From: TPA_inf: Saccharomyces
Taxonomy: Eukaryota
NCBI GenBank assembly: GCA_000146045.2
Contig: BK006936.2
Coordinates: forward strand, 672,001-736,000
DNA length: 64,000 nucleotides
Reading direction: 5' to 3'
Translations under genes and position numbers: made by a program
Notes under the pieces: generated by a model
Databases searched by the model: none
What the model was told of the DNA's origin: nothing
The model's input: the letters and a program-made list of their open reading frames with translations, nothing else
In this document: positions 36,150 through 47,032 of the stretch, piece after piece
Layout: every line of letters starts with the position of its first letter
Position numbering within the stretch: the first letter of the stretch is position 1

Positions 36150-39100
36150 TTAATGAGTGGTTTCGTTTTCCGGAATTTTCTCTGCTACCAACTGTTCAGT
36201 TCCAACATTCGACGTATCCTCAATCTTCGCTTTTTTGCTCTCTACTCCATCAACGTTCTCCTTCTCATTAGCGGTCTGATCTGCAAATTCTTCCCTTATC
36301 CTTTTACCATTTTCATCTTCTTTCTTCATTCTATCTTTAGTGGCGTCATCCAATACAATCCCTGCGTTAAATTCCTTTTCCAAGCATTGCAGTAATGTAT
36401 TTCCTCTTCTGGCTAGCTCTACAGGTGTCCTGCTTCTGAAGTAAAAGTCTAATTCGAATAGGGGACAATCTCTAATTTCATCACGCACTAATTCGTATAC
36501 GTCATCTCTATCCAAGCCATACTTGAATAACATGAGAAGGATAAAACGATCTTCTTCTTCAGAGTACGTCCTTTTGTTGTTAGAAGAAGGAGGATGTTTT
36601 AATTTCAAATCGAAGAATGGATTCTTATACTCAGACAACTTCCGACGTAAAGCCTCTTGTTGCATTTTGACACGCTTGATCTTCTCTTCTTCATTCTCAA
36701 TTATTTTCAGATATTTCTCATAATCTTCAATTCTTTCAATGTTAGACCAGAAGGCCTTAGCATATGCGCGAACTTCCTCTAGTGTTTTGCCAGGGGCCAA
36801 TTCTCTCGCAATGGCTTGAATGGAGTTCCTACCGTATTTACCAGATACCGTGATGAATTTTCTAAATTCTAATTTATTCCAATTTGTAAATCCTTCAGAC
36901 TCCCAATCAGCCTTCATCTTTTCTTCCTCTTCAGTTAATGGTTGCGAGTTGTTAACCGACAATTTTAACAATTCCAATTTTTGTTTCTTTTCTTCTTCAT
37001 CTGAAATATCGCCATATGCTGCTTTTACGTCATCCATGGTCGGTACATAACCAGTCTTCTTCGCCGTCCACATTCTTTCCTTTTCGTACAGGACTTTCAA
37101 TTGGGGAGGTTGTAATTGATGGGAATGGAAGACATGAGGCTTAGGCATTCTGGGGTGTGATGGGGTCGAGGACCTTCCTGTATTCAAAACATCTTTATAA
37201 TAATTATCAATAGAGTAATTTTCCTTACGTTCACGTTTGGTGGGGTTGAGCAGTAGCGGACTTATAATATCCCTTTGTATTTTCTTCTTGAAATCTTGAC
37301 CATTCCATTCATAGGCCGAATCTTGGTTGAATTTTTGCAAATCATCAAGACCTAAAGTTTCATATTTTGCATTTAATGACTTAGTTTTGTTTTCTGATTT
37401 CAGTAAAAGTTCGTCCAGATCAATATCATCTCCTTTTTCTCCTGAACCAGGTTCCGGCGTACCAGCTGAACCGGTAGATGTACCACTTTTGAATACATCG
37501 GCGGCACCATGTTGAATCATGGATAATAAAGCATCTTTGGAATCTGCTTTATTTTCCTTCTTTTTCAAAGAAGTCCTGTTTTGCTGGATAACTAATTGAT
37601 CTAATCTTAACTTCTGGGTAGCCCTTTCTAAAATTTTCTCTTCCACGGAGTTATCTGTGACCAAACGGAATACCTTGACCTGCTTCTTCTGACCAATACG
37701 ATGCGCTCTATCCATTGCTTGTAAATCTGCTTGTGGGTTCCAATCTGAATCATACAAGACAACGACATCTGCTGACGTTAAATTGATACCTAACCCACCT
37801 GCACGTGTCGTTAATAAGAAAACAAACTTCTTAGAATCAGGAGCATTATAATCATCAATGGCTTGAATTCTATCTTCGTGAGCGGTGGAACCGTCGATCC
37901 TGCAATATTCATAGTTTCTGAAGTAGCAATAATCCTCGAGAATATCCAATAATCTTGACATTTGACTGAAAATCAGAACTCTAGAACCTTCTTCCTTCAA
38001 TTTCTTCAATAACTTATCCAAAACTTGAAGTTTGGCAGCGTTATAAACCAAGTGCTCATCCGTAGTGTACGGTGGACCTGGCTCAGCACCATCGAATAAA
38101 TATGGATGATTACAACATTTTCTAAGTTGCATCATGATATTTAAAAGTCTTGTTTTGGATTCCTTGCTGCCATTAGACCCGTTCACAGCGTCCAGATCCT
38201 TTTCCAAAATCTTTTTGTACCATTTCTTCTGCATGCTAGACATACCGACATATAAATTCAGTTCCTTTTTAGGCAGTAAGGATGTTTCCACATCGCTTTT
38301 GATACGACGTAGTAGAAAAGGCTGTAAAACAGTGTGGAGTTGCTTGACAATTTTATCCTGATCTTCCTCTGTGCTTTCAGAAGAAAACCAATCGTCGAAA
38401 TCTTGTGCATCGGAAAAGATATCTGGTAACAAAAAATTTAATAACGCCCATAGTTCATGCAAATTGTTTTGCAAAGGAGTACCAGTAATCAACAGCCTAT
38501 TACGTGAGGTAAATTCCCTTAAGACTTGCGAAAGCATTGACTCTTCATTCTTGATTCTGTGAGCCTCATCAATGATAATATACTCCCAGTTAATCTTCTT
38601 AAGGGGCGACTTTTCTCTTATAATAATTTCATAAGAAGCAATCACAACATCAAAGTCACAACCTAAAAGTTTTTTTTGGATCAGTTCAGCTCTTTCTTCT
38701 TTATCTCCTTGCAAAATAAAGGCGTTTACGTCTGGCGTCCATCTATTTATTTCTCTCAGCCAATTATTTAAGGTAGACTTAGGCGCAATGACTAAAAATG
38801 GACCTGGAATTTTTTCAATGTACCTAAGATATCCCAGAAATGAAATAGTTTGCAGGGTCTTACCTAAACCCATTTCATCAGCAAGGATACCCGCTATTTT
38901 GTTCTTATGCAGAGACACCAACCAGTTGACACCTTGGATTTGATAAGGTCTCAATTGACCATTAACGTAAGCAGGTGATTCTCTGAATTGGAATTCAATG
39001 CTCTCATCATCATCCGAGTCTTCTTCTTTCAATAATTCCGCATCTTCTTCGTGTTCAGTCTTTCGTCTACGAACATCTTGGTGTTTGCCTTTGCCTTTGC

Positions 39101-39539
39101 CATTTGCTTTATTTTCTTCTAATACATCTAAGACCTGCCTGAATTTGGGATCTTTAGCGGCTTTACTTTCAATAAAATGCTTGAATAAACCACTCAAGGA
39201 TAGCAGATGTTCAAATCTTTTTGTAGTGCCTTCCAGATCAAACTTTTTACCATTAGCATCCTTCAGCAGGTAACGTTTTTTATTCGATTCAGGATCATGT
39301 GGAGGGAGACCGACCTGGAACGGTTTTAAATTCTCCAAGTACTCTTCTGAAGCAGTCATAATTGAACCAGATGAAATACAATCGTATTTTTTTTTTTCTT
39401 GCAAAAATATGGCGAGAATAATTTTGAATAGGTTCTCATCTTTGTCCTTTTCATTGCAAGAATTGTTTTCGTGTTTTTTTCTCATTCTAGTATAGAACTT
39501 GAAAAAGTGAAAATTTGCAATAGCTAACATATAGGCCAT
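36150..39539 (-). CDS. ISW1: ISWI-family chromatin-remodelling ATPase (SNF2 helicase, HAND-SANT-SLIDE)
   Basis: 1129 aa. DEMGLGKT and DEAHRIKN helicase motifs. C-terminal SANT/SLIDE domains. Confidence 0.92.
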   Translation of the reverse strand: MAYMLAIANFHFFKFYTRMRKKHENNSCNEKDKDENLFKIILAIFLQEKKKYDCISSGSIMTASEEYLENLKPFQVGLPPHDPESNKKRYLLKDANGKKFDLEGTTKRFEHLLSLSGLFKHFIESKAAKDPKFRQVLDVLEENKANGKGKGKHQDVRRRKTEHEEDAELLKEEDSDDDESIEFQFRESPAYVNGQLRPYQIQGVNWLVSLHKNKIAGILADEMGLGKTLQTISFLGYLRYIEKIPGPFLVIAPKSTLNNWLREINRWTPDVNAFILQGDKEERAELIQKKLLGCDFDVVIASYEIIIREKSPLKKINWEYIIIDEAHRIKNEESMLSQVLREFTSRNRLLITGTPLQNNLHELWALLNFLLPDIFSDAQDFDDWFSSESTEEDQDKIVKQLHTVLQPFLLRRIKSDVETSLLPKKELNLYVGMSSMQKKWYKKILEKDLDAVNGSNGSKESKTRLLNIMMQLRKCCNHPYLFDGAEPGPPYTTDEHLVYNAAKLQVLDKLLKKLKEEGSRVLIFSQMSRLLDILEDYCYFRNYEYCRIDGSTAHEDRIQAIDDYNAPDSKKFVFLLTTRAGGLGINLTSADVVVLYDSDWNPQADLQAMDRAHRIGQKKQVKVFRLVTDNSVEEKILERATQKLRLDQLVIQQNRTSLKKKENKADSKDALLSMIQHGAADVFKSGTSTGSAGTPEPGSGEKGDDIDLDELLLKSENKTKSLNAKYETLGLDDLQKFNQDSAYEWNGQDFKKKIQRDIISPLLLNPTKRERKENYSIDNYYKDVLNTGRSSTPSHPRMPKPHVFHSHQLQPPQLKVLYEKERMWTAKKTGYVPTMDDVKAAYGDISDEEEKKQKLELLKLSVNNSQPLTEEEEKMKADWESEGFTNWNKLEFRKFITVSGKYGRNSIQAIARELAPGKTLEEVRAYAKAFWSNIERIEDYEKYLKIIENEEEKIKRVKMQQEALRRKLSEYKNPFFDLKLKHPPSSNNKRTYSEEEDRFILLMLFKYGLDRDDVYELVRDEIRDCPLFELDFYFRSRTPVELARRGNTLLQCLEKEFNAGIVLDDATKDRMKKEDENGKRIREEFADQTANEKENVDGVESKKAKIEDTSNVGTEQLVAEKIPENETTH

Positions 39540-39590
39540 AATAGGGTATTTCTACATCCACCTCTAGCTGGTTTTTGCATAGCTATACAT

Positions 39591-40754
39591 ATGGACTCTA
39601 TTCAAGAATCAGATGTACTAAATGCAGTGAAAACAAAACTACCGCCGTGTTGTTTGAGAATATTCAGGAATAAGATCATCCTTGTTGGGACGTATGATTT
39701 AGATAAGTCAACTGGATACAGGTCAGGCTCACTGGATGTCTTCACAATGGACCTCAAACTTTTATGTTCGAATAATACGTATGGCGCAATCCTAGATTTG
39801 AAGTTATCCCCCTTTGATGATACATTGATATGCACGGCCCATTCGACAGGTAATATCATGCTATGGAGGATACGGTGCACAGATAAGGATGATTTCCAAT
39901 CAAACGAACTAGATATTCATGCAATTGCAAATCTACAACTCTTTGAAAAAGATGTTCTCATTGCCTCGTGCCATTTTTCCCCACTTGATTGTAAGAAATT
40001 ACTTGTAACAAATACGGCAGGCGAAGCAGCTACCATTGATATAAGAACACTATCTGTACAGTTCACGGCATCAGCAATCGCGCAGGCTTACTCAAAACTA
40101 GATAAAATAGATTACGAAGTTCAAGGTGCAACCGAAAAAGTCATTCATGTTGAATCGGGACAATTTTTGAAACCCCATGAACTCGAGTGTTGGACTGCGG
40201 AATTTGGATCTCTACAGCCTTTTCAAGACGTTGTATTTACAGGAGGTGATGATTCGAGAATTATGGCCCACGACTTACGTTCCAAAGAATTCATTTGGAG
40301 TAATAATCGTATTCATGATGCTGGTGTTGTTAGCATTAAGTGTAGTCAACCTAACTTTCGAAATAATAAACCCACGTCCATAATAACTGGATCCTATGAT
40401 GATAACATTCGTTCTCTGGATTTAAGGATGATGGGTGAGTCCATATTTCCTGGTGCAAATGTCCCCACAGTTAATAAATTGGCGTGTGATCTTGGTGGCG
40501 GTGTTTGGAGATTTGTTGAATCCCCCATTGATCAGGAACAATCTCACCACAACGGCTCCGATCGGCTTTTAGTTTGTTGCATGTACAATGGTGCCAAGGT
40601 GGTGACCATGAATGATAATTCCGATGAGTATTTTCAAATTCAACATTATCTGAAGAAGGGCCATGATTCGATGTGTTACGGTGGCGACTGGTCAAATTCT
40701 TTGATCGCAACATGCTCATTTTATGATAATTCCTTGCAAACATGGATAGTTTAG
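39591..40754 (+). CDS. RRT2: WD40 protein, diphthamide methylesterase
   Basis: 387 aa with WD-repeat signatures. Size and position match RRT2/DPH7. Confidence 0.78.
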   Translation: MDSIQESDVLNAVKTKLPPCCLRIFRNKIILVGTYDLDKSTGYRSGSLDVFTMDLKLLCSNNTYGAILDLKLSPFDDTLICTAHSTGNIMLWRIRCTDKDDFQSNELDIHAIANLQLFEKDVLIASCHFSPLDCKKLLVTNTAGEAATIDIRTLSVQFTASAIAQAYSKLDKIDYEVQGATEKVIHVESGQFLKPHELECWTAEFGSLQPFQDVVFTGGDDSRIMAHDLRSKEFIWSNNRIHDAGVVSIKCSQPNFRNNKPTSIITGSYDDNIRSLDLRMMGESIFPGANVPTVNKLACDLGGGVWRFVESPIDQEQSHHNGSDRLLVCCMYNGAKVVTMNDNSDEYFQIQHYLKKGHDSMCYGGDWSNSLIATCSFYDNSLQTWIV

Positions 40755-40780
40755 AAAAAAAAATTCAGTCTGCAATATAT

Positions 40781-40833
40781 GGACTAATATATAGGCTAAT
40801 ATATAGGCTAATATATAGGCTAATATATAGGCC
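40781..40833. repeat. Minisatellite: four tandem copies of a 12-bp unit (aggctaatatat), with a partial fifth
   Basis: Read directly: ggactaatatat aggctaatatat aggctaatatat aggctaatatat aggcc. It lies in the convergent 3' intergenic region between RRT2 and ENP1. Confidence 0.9.
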
Positions 40834-41003
40834 ATATTTTGATGATTTCGATAGATTATGCATAAAGAATTGATAGGAAGGAACTTGCCTGAACAATAAT
40901 CTTTTACTCTATATTTTCTACTTATTATACATGATTCAGAAGCTTTGTTGAAAGGGGGAAAGACCGAGCGATATAAAATTGATGAAAAATTGATATTACA
41001 GCA

Positions 41004-42455
41004 TCAATTGACATCAATCATTAAATCATCATTAGCTTCCTGTGGATCAACAAACTCCCTGCTGGCTCCTGCCAATAGTTCTCTTCTAATCTCAGGACCG
41101 ATATCTTTATGGCCTCTTTGACGAACAGTTTCCAACAAGAAATCTCTCTGATCCTGGGTAATATCGTTCTTGTAACGTTGTGCAAATGTTAAGAAAGCCT
41201 TGTGCCATATCACTGGGAGTACTCTTGTAGCATCTTCCCCATTACTACCGTCATCCAAAATTCTAAACCTCATAAAGTAATACACGCAGTCGTCCACCGT
41301 CTGGTACGGTAAAGCATATTTTTTATCGAGCAATATTTTGATAAAAACAGTTGTAGGTGGAGAGAAAGGTAGCCTTAAAAGATAACTCAAGGCAGCTGAA
41401 GAATGTAAAGCCGGAACAGAGACTTTAGCAAGCACACTTCCTGCAATTGTCGCTTCACGTACATTACACCCTGTTTCAACCAATGGGAATAGGAAACCTT
41501 TGAAGAAGGCACTTGGTTTATAAAGCGATTTTTTCACCGCACGGTATATATGATAGTTTAAAGAGTGGTCTTCACTGGTCTCGATATTGTCACGGAAACG
41601 TTCAAGTAAAATTAGGTTAATAAATTTTTGAGATTCTTTAGCAGTTAGGTTGGATACAAATAATTTCGTTGCTTCGTAAACAACGTGTGGTGACCATTCT
41701 TCCGGGTTGGTCACATAAATGACATCTTGCCAATTTCTTAAGGATGGGATAACCTTGAACAACTTTGGCAACTTACCGTGCGTCCAAGTTTTTAAAATAC
41801 TACCTACCGTAGTATATGCTTTGATGACCTTCTCTGGAAGTGCAACACCCTCTCCACTCTTCAAACCGGATGAAATATTGCCTCTTGAGGTATTCTGTTC
41901 ATTAGCAAGTGGTTCATCATCTTGCATATCTTCAACTTGACTTTCCTTTTCTCGGATAGAGGCCATAATCTTGTCTGCAAGATTATAGCTACCACTTAAA
42001 GAGTTAAAATCATCTGATTTCTTGAAATATTGCTCAAACATCGCTGCGTCTTCTTCATCGATTTCAACTATCTCTTCCTCTTCTTTATAATCACCTTCGG
42101 GTTCAAAATCGGAGATGTCTTCTCCAAAAGCTTCTTCGTCTTCGTCTTCGTCTTCGTCTTCATCATCATAGCTCATGGTGGTGAATCTGGCTTCAAATTG
42201 CTTGTTTCTTTCTGATTCAGCAAGTTCCTCACCTTCAATTTCATCCTGTTGTTCCTTGGCCAACTGCAAAATTTTTCTTGATGCTTTGGAGTCTATGTAT
42301 CCATCTTCCTCATTTGCAGCATCGTGATTTGCAGCATCGTTCTGCGCTAGCTTCTTTTTATTGATTTTTTTCAAGGTACCTTGAGCTGCATCTAAATCCT
42401 TTAAAAGTGGATCATGCCTCTGTTTTCTGGCTTTAGTAGAGGATGCTCTGGCCAT
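41004..42455 (-). CDS. ENP1: Essential nucleolar 40S ribosome biogenesis factor (bystin family)
   Basis: 483 aa. Conserved bystin C-terminal half. Acidic EDEDEDEDEE tract encoded by a (GAC/GAA)n repeat. Confidence 0.88.
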   Translation of the reverse strand: MARASSTKARKQRHDPLLKDLDAAQGTLKKINKKKLAQNDAANHDAANEEDGYIDSKASRKILQLAKEQQDEIEGEELAESERNKQFEARFTTMSYDDEDEDEDEDEEAFGEDISDFEPEGDYKEEEEIVEIDEEDAAMFEQYFKKSDDFNSLSGSYNLADKIMASIREKESQVEDMQDDEPLANEQNTSRGNISSGLKSGEGVALPEKVIKAYTTVGSILKTWTHGKLPKLFKVIPSLRNWQDVIYVTNPEEWSPHVVYEATKLFVSNLTAKESQKFINLILLERFRDNIETSEDHSLNYHIYRAVKKSLYKPSAFFKGFLFPLVETGCNVREATIAGSVLAKVSVPALHSSAALSYLLRLPFSPPTTVFIKILLDKKYALPYQTVDDCVYYFMRFRILDDGSNGEDATRVLPVIWHKAFLTFAQRYKNDITQDQRDFLLETVRQRGHKDIGPEIRRELLAGASREFVDPQEANDDLMIDVN

Positions 42456-42568
42456 TATAGTTAATCTTTCTAATATATTGTTTTATCTGTAAGTCTTAAA
42501 ACGAGACAAATCTTGGATTTAAAACAACTTAGTGCATATTTCCTTTCGTCAATGTTGAAGAAGTGGGA

Positions 42569-42592
42569 GCTCATCGATTTTTAAAAATTTTC
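42569..42592 (-). promoter_or_regulatory. PAC-like (GCTCATCGA) plus exact RRPE (AAAAATTTTC) pair 115-140 bp upstream of ENP1
   Basis: gagctcatcgatttttaaaaattttcatt read directly. PAC/RRPE pairs are typical of ribosome-biogenesis regulon promoters. Confidence 0.5.
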
Positions 42593-42806
42593 ATTTCCGA
42601 TGCCTCGCTAAAAAAAAAAAATGAAAAAGTGGAAAAATATGTTCTATTTCTTCCCCTACTGACACCACCAATAATACAACCATATAAGTTGGTACAATTT
42701 CTCCAAGCTGTACATCCTCTTGTGTTGTGAAATGTCTGATTTAACATCTATCATTATTGCGTATATAGACTGAGTCAAGATTATAAAGTATACATATCCA
42801 ACCACA

Positions 42807-44465
42807 TTACTCTTCATCCATTCTAACCTTTAATCCGTGCTCTAGTAAATACTCCTTTACATCGTTAACAGTGAATTCACCTCTGTGGAACATACCTGCA
42901 CCCAAGCAAGCATCTGCGCGGGTCTTTAGGAAGGCCTCTTCGAAATGTTCGGGTACACCGGCGCCACTGGATGCAATGACGGGAATCTTGACCGCATCTT
43001 TAACATGTTCTATCAATTCCAGATCATAACCAGAATTAGAGCCATCCTTGTCTATGCAGTTCAATAAAATCTCCCCAGCACCTAGAGCTTCACATGCCCT
43101 TGTTAATTCCCACACACCAAGGTCTCTAGATTCTCTTCCACCTTTGATTGTACATTGGTACCAGCAGTATTTCTCTCCATTGGGGCCCGGATATTCTGTC
43201 TCGAAGACTTTGTTCTTCGTATCTGCTTGTGAATTTACATATACTCTCTTAGGGTCGACAGAAATAACAACTGCCTGAGCACCGTATGCTTTCGAGATTG
43301 TCTCTATTGGTGACGTTCCATCTCCTCTGTTACCCAACTCGTAGTATTTTTCGGCTGCATAGACTGCATCCGTACCGATCGATACTTTATCAGCACCAGA
43401 TCTGAAGTATAGACTTGCAACTTCTAAAGCAGGTATTTTGGTTCCATCAACATCGACAATATCCTTGATCCCCCCACCGACTGTCAATGGAACAAAGACT
43501 GTCTTTGCGGCTTGTTTCAGAACCTCTAGCATCGGAGTATCCTTCAAAGGACAATCTCTAAAAGAAGTTATATTCAAAAATGTTACTTCATCCGCACCCT
43601 GTTGGTAATATTTCTGTGCCAACTGAACAGGCTTACCAAGGTTTCTAACACCTTTACCATCACTTTTTTCACGTACATCGTATTGATCACCTTTAGTAAC
43701 CACCAAATCACCTTGGTCATTAGTACGTACATCAAGACAAGCAATAATTCTGCGTGTTAGACCATAATTTGAATAGTCATTCATTAAGAGTTCCTTCTCT
43801 TCCGCACTATAGTTTGGAATCGGAGGACTTTGTTGCTTCAAAAAATTCTCAATGACGTTCAAACCAGCTTTACCTGATTTTTCAGGATGGAACTGAGTAG
43901 CGAATATATTATTCTTGTTGACTGCCGCAATAAATTCCTCTGAACCGTACTTAGCTTTTGCAATTTTCCAACCGTCATTTTCTAGGTTTTTTTTCTTTTC
44001 TGAATTCAGAATGGCAGCAAAAGAATGGACGAAATAGTACCTCTTGTATGGATCCAATCCAAAGAATAGGTTTTCCGAGGGAATGCAAGAATTCCAACCT
44101 ATTTCTGGTACTGGCTTTTCTGAATCATCGAACCTGGACAACTTAAAATCAATGTAGTTCAGACCCGTACTCTTAGGGCTTTCCACGGAACCGGCAAAGA
44201 GCGCTTGTAGCCCGACGCAAATTCCCATTATTGGTTTTCCAGATTCAATGTATTCTCTTATCGGCTTTTCGAATCCTCTATTAAATAAATTGTCGACGAA
44301 ATGGCCATAATTTCCGACACCAGGCAAAATCAATCTTGACGTGCCTGATATGTTAAAATCCTTTGGTGATTTCACCAGTTGTACTTCGTAACCTAAATGC
44401 TCAATTGCATTGGTTAGTGACTGTAGGTTACCACTTTCAACGTCAATCACGTGAACGACCGGCAT
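42807..44465 (-). CDS. HIS7: Imidazole glycerol phosphate synthase (glutamine amidotransferase : cyclase fusion, HisH-HisF)
   Basis: 552 aa. N-terminal class-I GATase domain (GICVGLQ, catalytic Cys). C-terminal HisF (beta/alpha)8 barrel. Confidence 0.92.
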
Positions 44466-44603
44466 TCTCTTTTTCTTTACTTGTAAATAATTAAAAAACC
44501 TAAACTGGATACTGCTACTTCAATAGCTGCCTCTTTTCTTTTAAAACCTGATTGAGTAGTCGTCGATATCAAAGGAATATCAACTTATGTATGTTTCGAT
44601 GTC

Positions 44604-44609
44604 TGACTC
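44604..44609 (+). promoter_or_regulatory. GCN4 core site TGACTC about 140 bp upstream of HIS7
   Basis: gtctgactct read directly. Confidence 0.5.
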
Positions 44610-44689
44610 TTTTCTCATGAATTTTTCATTTTTTCATGATCACCTAATTAGCCGTGGAGAGAGAGAAAAATAATCCCAAAGCTACGATA

Positions 44690-44696
44690 TGACTCA
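44690..44696 (+). promoter_or_regulatory. GCN4 site ATGACTCAA (TGACTCA) about 225 bp upstream of HIS7
   Basis: atatgactcaattt read directly. HIS7 is a general-amino-acid-control target. Confidence 0.55.
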
Positions 44697-44881
44697 ATTT
44701 TTTTTTGCAGAAGAGTAACTGATAGTATAACATCCACGAAATCAGTGAAAGGTCAGCGAGCTTTGCCTTTAAAAATTGAGTTTCTAGTTAATTAGTAAAT
44801 AGCGCTAAACACAATTAAATAATACCGAATTGGCAGTGGTAGAGGAAAGAATGTACGTTACATATATCATTAAAAAAACAT

Positions 44882-46072
<1,191 letters not shown>

Positions 46073-46299
46073 TTATTCTTAATTACTCTTATAACGATGC
46101 TAAAAATGACGAAAGAGGAATTAACACGATATATAGATAATATACCAATGAAAAGAAGAAGAAAGTATGAGAAAAAGTTTCTGTATTAATATGAAATTAA
46201 ACATTGATTGGATTCGATCACGATGTATTCAATGAGCTAACAATGCGTCCCGCACATCTTTTTTTCAAAATTTCAAGCAAAATTTTTTCATTTCATCGT

Positions 46300-46306
46300 T
46301 GAGTCA
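46300..46306 (-). promoter_or_regulatory. GCN4 site (TGAGTCA = TGACTCA on the opposite strand) about 306 bp upstream of ARO4
   Basis: cgttgagtcatttc read directly. Confidence 0.55.
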
Positions 46307-46858
46307 TTTCGCAGTAACGTACAAAATGCACAGGGTGCAGCGGGTGGGGCCACGTTTTAAAGTGATTCTGCCATGCCTTTGCCTTTATATTAAGCAACAT
46401 AACTGCCTGACAGTAATGCAACTACACAGTGTTCCGTGAGACCGTTACAGCTTATGTTTACACAGCCTCATGCCCAATGAAAGAGTGTCAATATAAGGAA
46501 TGCGCTTGCATATATACGAGTACATAATTTGCTGTTGATCACGTGATTCATAATTTTTTTATTTATGTGCCGATGACAATGTTTTCCATCACTTTCAAGG
46601 CTAGCTGTATACTGGCAGTTCGTGTTCAAAAACCTGTGTGGAGTTTTACCCTAGCATTCAGTTATGTCAGAAGTGTGTTTGGCATCTATGTTAGGCCAAT
46701 TGTTATTGTTTTATGCGAATTATGTGGGTTGTGCAGCTGGGGTCAAAAAGAGCGAATGTAATTATATTGTAAACATTAAATCTGCACAATGGAATCTTGT
46801 TTAGCCTTTGTTTTTTTCTTTTTCTTTCTATTTCTTTTGTTTTCGATTTTGTTTTTGT

Positions 46859-46867
46859 GTCACAAAA
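46859..46867 (+). promoter_or_regulatory. Middle sporulation element (Ndt80 site) GTCACAAAA about 170 bp upstream of SPO23
   Basis: Matches the gNCRCAAAW consensus; read directly. Confidence 0.45.
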
Positions 46868-46895
46868 TAACTAATGGCGACATCGCAGTTTTTTG

Positions 46896-46902
46896 GGCGG
46901 CT
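46896..46902 (+). promoter_or_regulatory. URS1-like core GGCGGCT (Ume6 site) about 135 bp upstream of SPO23
   Basis: ttgggcggctgc read directly; the URS1 consensus is TCGGCGGCT. Confidence 0.4.
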
Positions 46903-47032
46903 GCATACTGTTTAATAAAAAGAAGTTACTGCTACCTCAAGATTTCTTCCTAAGCACTCAAGCCCATGTTTGCCAGTATTGTTATCTTGCAACAAAATCA
47001 GACAAATAGAATTTCCCTTTTTTGTTTGACTA

